The notes under the pieces: model-generated
What the model saw: the letters and a program-made list of their open reading frames with translations, nothing else
Database searches by the model: none
Told to the model about the DNA's origin: nothing
Position numbers and translations under genes: made by a program
Assembly (NCBI GenBank): GCA_001938485.1
Contig: MQRK01019757.1
Location: 1-55,081 of the forward strand
Source of the DNA: Girardia tigrina
Lineage: Eukaryota
Direction of reading: 5' to 3'
DNA: 55,081 nucleotides
In this document: in pieces, positions 51,332 through 55,081 of the stretch
Position numbering within the stretch: position 1 is the first letter of the stretch
How the letters are laid out: each line of letters begins with the position of its first letter

Positions 51332-53880
51332 TCCATCTTCCACCTTTTTAATTTGAAGGTGTTGTATGCTTTTTCAACCATTCAATGCGGCGCGGTTTCA
51401 AGGATCTGGGAAACTTCAGAACCACTTGATGAGGAGTGAGGAATTTTACAATTTTATATGGCCCCTCATATCTGAATCCTTCTTTCCTCAATTTGTGAGG
51501 TTCCACTTTTACTAACACTTCCTCCCCCACCTTAAAAATCCGATGTCCTCGTTTTTCATCATCTTGCATCTGTAATCGATAAGCAGACTTGGAAATATGT
51601 TCAACTGTCATCGGATTTGATTGTGTATGGAGTAATCTATTGAAAATTCAGCTTCTGTTTAAATAAAACCTCAAACGGAGTACATCCGATAGAGCTTTAC
51701 TAAGTTGTATTCAGAAGAAATTCAATTTTTGGAAGTAGTTCTTCACAATCTAGAGAATCATTTTGAGATGCAATAGAAGTAACTACCATATCATGCATGT
51801 GCGCTCTGCTAATTCATTGGATTGGTGTTGGTACGGAGACGAAAATTCTTGAGTTATATTGATGGTTTTACATATCTCCCGCAACTTGTTGCCTTCAAAA
51901 CTTTTTCCCCTGTCTGATAAGAATCATTTGGGTTTCATGAATCGATAAATCCTTCTATTTTTAATAGCATCAATCAATGTGTTTTCATCTTGATTACGAA
52001 GTGGTACCAAAACAGCGACCTTGCAAATTCTATCAACCATCACAAGTACATATTTCTTTCCCGTTTTAGAAGGTAAAAAATGTGCAATATCCATTACAAC
52101 TTCTTCAAATAATGTTTTATCATCTAGAGGTAAAAATGTCTCATTAGATGGTGTTGTTAATACCTTCGTTTTGCACAAATAATACATTCTCTAGAAACTT
52201 TCTCAATTGTCTGCCCCATTCGTGGCCAGAAATAGATATCCCGCATATATTCATACAACTTCTTATATCCTATGTGACATAAATCTTGATGAATGTACGG
52301 AATTAATCGTTGTTGAGCAGCTTCCGGAACAACCACGAGGTTTATATGTCCAACCCGATAACACAGCAATTCATCTTCTAATATCAAGTGATTAATGTGT
52401 TCCCACAAGGTACCTTGTGACTGATCTATTGAGGTGGTTCATTAAGTTTTAATGAAGTAATAATTTCCAGAATATTTTTATCTTCTCTTTGGATTTCGTT
52501 GATATGGCAGAGATCCATCGTGTTACAAGTGTTTAAATACTTTACTTTACTCTTACTTGTTTTAATTCCAACATGTTTCGTCATACATTGATTACATAAT
52601 GCTTCAGACAATCTGGAGATCCCATCTGCATTTGAATGTTCTGATCCTTTCCTGTAGTGCAAGTCATATTGAAAACCCGATAGATCTTCAATCCAGGTCT
52701 AAAATTGAGAACTGAATAGTTTGTTTGTCTGGGACATAAATAAAAGTGCTTTATGATCGATACGAGCCAAGAACTTTTTTCCATATAAATAATGCTTGAA
52801 TTGCAGCATGTAATCTCTTAATTCTAGCAATTCCTTTCTGGTAACACAGTAGCCCTTTTCGTTCTCACTCAGGGTTCTCGATTTGTAAGTTATCACCCGT
52901 TCCGATCCATCTTCCTGAATTTGACTTAATACCCCTCCAATAGCAGAGAAGCTGGCATCTGTATCTAGCACCATTTTTTGGTTAATATTAAGGAAGCATA
53001 ATACCGGACTTGTAGAAAGACACTTTTTAAGTTCATCGAAACTGTCTGCACACTCATGTGACCAGTAAAATTTCTCTTTAGCGACACTGGCCGCATATAA
53101 AGGCTTTGATATTTTAGCAAAATCTTTGATAAATCGCCGGTAGTAATTTGCAAGACTCAGGAAAGAACGCAATTGTGTTGCACATTTTGGAACAGGTGCT
53201 TCAATAATGGATTTGATTTTGTCTTCACATGTTTCTATTCCTTTGCTACTTACTACATGTCCTAAAAATCTAACTTCTGACTCCTTCAAACGGCACTTCT
53301 GAGGATCTATTTTAAGACCTGCATTTACAATACGACTAAAGACTTTCTCGAGCAGAACATCATGACCCTTCTCAGAAGAACTGTACACTAAAATATCATC
53401 CAAATACACAATCACTCCTTTATACAGCATATCGTGAATTATTTGATGCATTAAAGCTTGAAAAGTTGCTGGAGCAATGCACAATCAAAAAGGTAAGCGT
53501 TTGAAGCAAAATTTTCCAATGTTGGTACCAAAAGCGGTTTTCAATTTTGACTCCTCTGTCAACTCCACCTGGTAGTAAGCCCTACTTAAGTCGATAGAAG
53601 AGAGCATAACTACCCAGTGCATCTAATAGGCCGTAGATATCTGGCATCGGAAATGTGAAATTTTCTGTAATCGCGTTTAATGGTCGGAAATCCAAGCACA
53701 TTCGAATATTATTATGCTTTTTTCTTTACTACTACCAGCTGAGAGTTCCATGAACTTTGACACGGCTTTATGACTTGATGTTCTAATAACTGCTTCACTT
53801 CAGTTTCCAAATGTAAAGGTAATCTTCTCTGATTTATGGCCACTGGTGAACCAATTGTTTTAATTTGGTGTTTTAAAACC
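51332..53880 (-). mobile_element. pol: Degenerate Ty3/Gypsy pol (RT-RNase H-integrase) with PPT
   Basis: RMCLDFRPLN, YLDD, DTDAS, HHCC finger (H...CHIG...C..C), integrase core, GPY motif, and the purine tract AAAAAGGTGGAAGATGGA after the stop. Confidence 0.96.
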
Positions 53881-53881
53881 G

Positions 53882-55081
53882 TTGTTTGTCCACAAGCGAA
53901 AGTGGAAGTGGAATTTGTGTTGTGATCTATGGAAAAATAATCATTCAGAACATCATATTATCGACGAGGTTGGGTTTCGTGAGTTATTAAGCTTTACAAC
54001 ATCAAATGTTCATTTTCTTTTTAATAATGAGTGGTATAAGCAAACGGATGGGGTTGCTATGGGTTCACCGTTAGCACCAACGTTAGCTTCTGTTTTTCTT
54101 TCAAAGATTGAAAATAAAATTAAACTGTTTGATGGAAATCAACCTTTAGTATAAACGATACGTTGATGATATATTTCTAGTTTTTAAAAATCAGGCTGAT
54201 GTACTTCCATTTTTAAATTTTATGAATTCGTTACATTCAAATGTTACTTTTACAGTTGAAAATGAAAAGAATGGAGTCTTACCTTTTTTGGATCTTTTGG
54301 TTGAAAGAAAATCTCTTGGTTACGAGACTTGAATTTATAGGAAGCAAACTGATACAGGTTTATATACTTCACCAGATAGTTTTTGTGAACTTAAGTATAA
54401 AAGAAACATGATTAAAGGTTTAATTTATCGCTCCTGGTCGTTGTCTTCCACTTTTGTTAAATCTGTAGAAAGTGTTAATAAACTAAGTTCGTTGTTAAAT
54501 AAGAATGGCTATTCTAAGTCTTTTTCTAGAAAAATTAATAAAGGAAACAGTAGATAAAATACTTTTGAAAGCTTTTTGAAAAATCAGAGTTTGGCTTCTC
54601 CTGATGGATCTAAGAAAGAAATCGAAGGATCATTAGATATGAATAATATGCCTAAATATTGTTTAATTGTACCTTATTCTGAAGGATTTAAAAACTTTAA
54701 AAATGCATGTTAAAAGCAACTAACAATGAATTAAATTTAAAAATTATATCACGATCTCATAAAATTCAAAATATGTTCAGTAATAAATCTATTACACCTA
54801 TAACACTTTGTTCTGATATTGTTTATGAATATAAATGTAATGGGTGCGATGCCACATACATTGGAGAGACTGCCCGTCATCTCTGCAAACGAATTCAAGA
54901 ACATGGTCGAGAAGAGAGTTAGAGTAATATTGCAGAACATAGGAAAAAATGTAAATGTGATATTAATTTTGATAATTTCAAAATTCTGTGTAAGTATTTT
55001 GACAGTTATTGGGAGAGAGTGTCGTGTGAAGCATTGTTAATTAGGTCACGTTGCCCTAAAATCAATGTTCAATCGGCAGTC
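53882..55081 (+). mobile_element. Penelope-like element (RT + GIY-YIG), 5'-truncated, runs off the window
   Basis: YKQTDGVAMGSPLAP, RYVDDIF, LPFLD, YRKQTDTGLY, VYEYKCNGCDATYIGET..L..RIQEH. Confidence 0.96.

Overview
Very AT-rich eukaryotic (probably animal or protist) genomic window made up almost entirely of decayed transposable elements, with no clearly intact host gene. It holds two degenerate Ty3/Gypsy elements and four solo LTRs with 5-bp TSDs (most ending in non-canonical TG...TA). Other retroelements are a BEL/Pao gag fragment, two copies of an RTE-like LINE with C-terminal C2H2 zinc fingers (one joined at its 5' end to an 18S rRNA fragment) and two Penelope-like elements. DNA transposon remnants include mariner, an intron-containing Tc1, pogo/Tigger, Merlin, hAT, Chapaev3-like, Mutator-like MITEs and a Helitron. 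The most striking observation is a ubiquitin-like domain in frame with, and directly upstream of, the BEL/Pao Gag. It ends in LLG-R (one base from the di-glycine LLG-G) immediately before a Met, which suggests a ubiquitin-Gag fusion that host deubiquitinases would process. All calls are by eye from motifs; no database search was run and ends of degraded elements are approximate.
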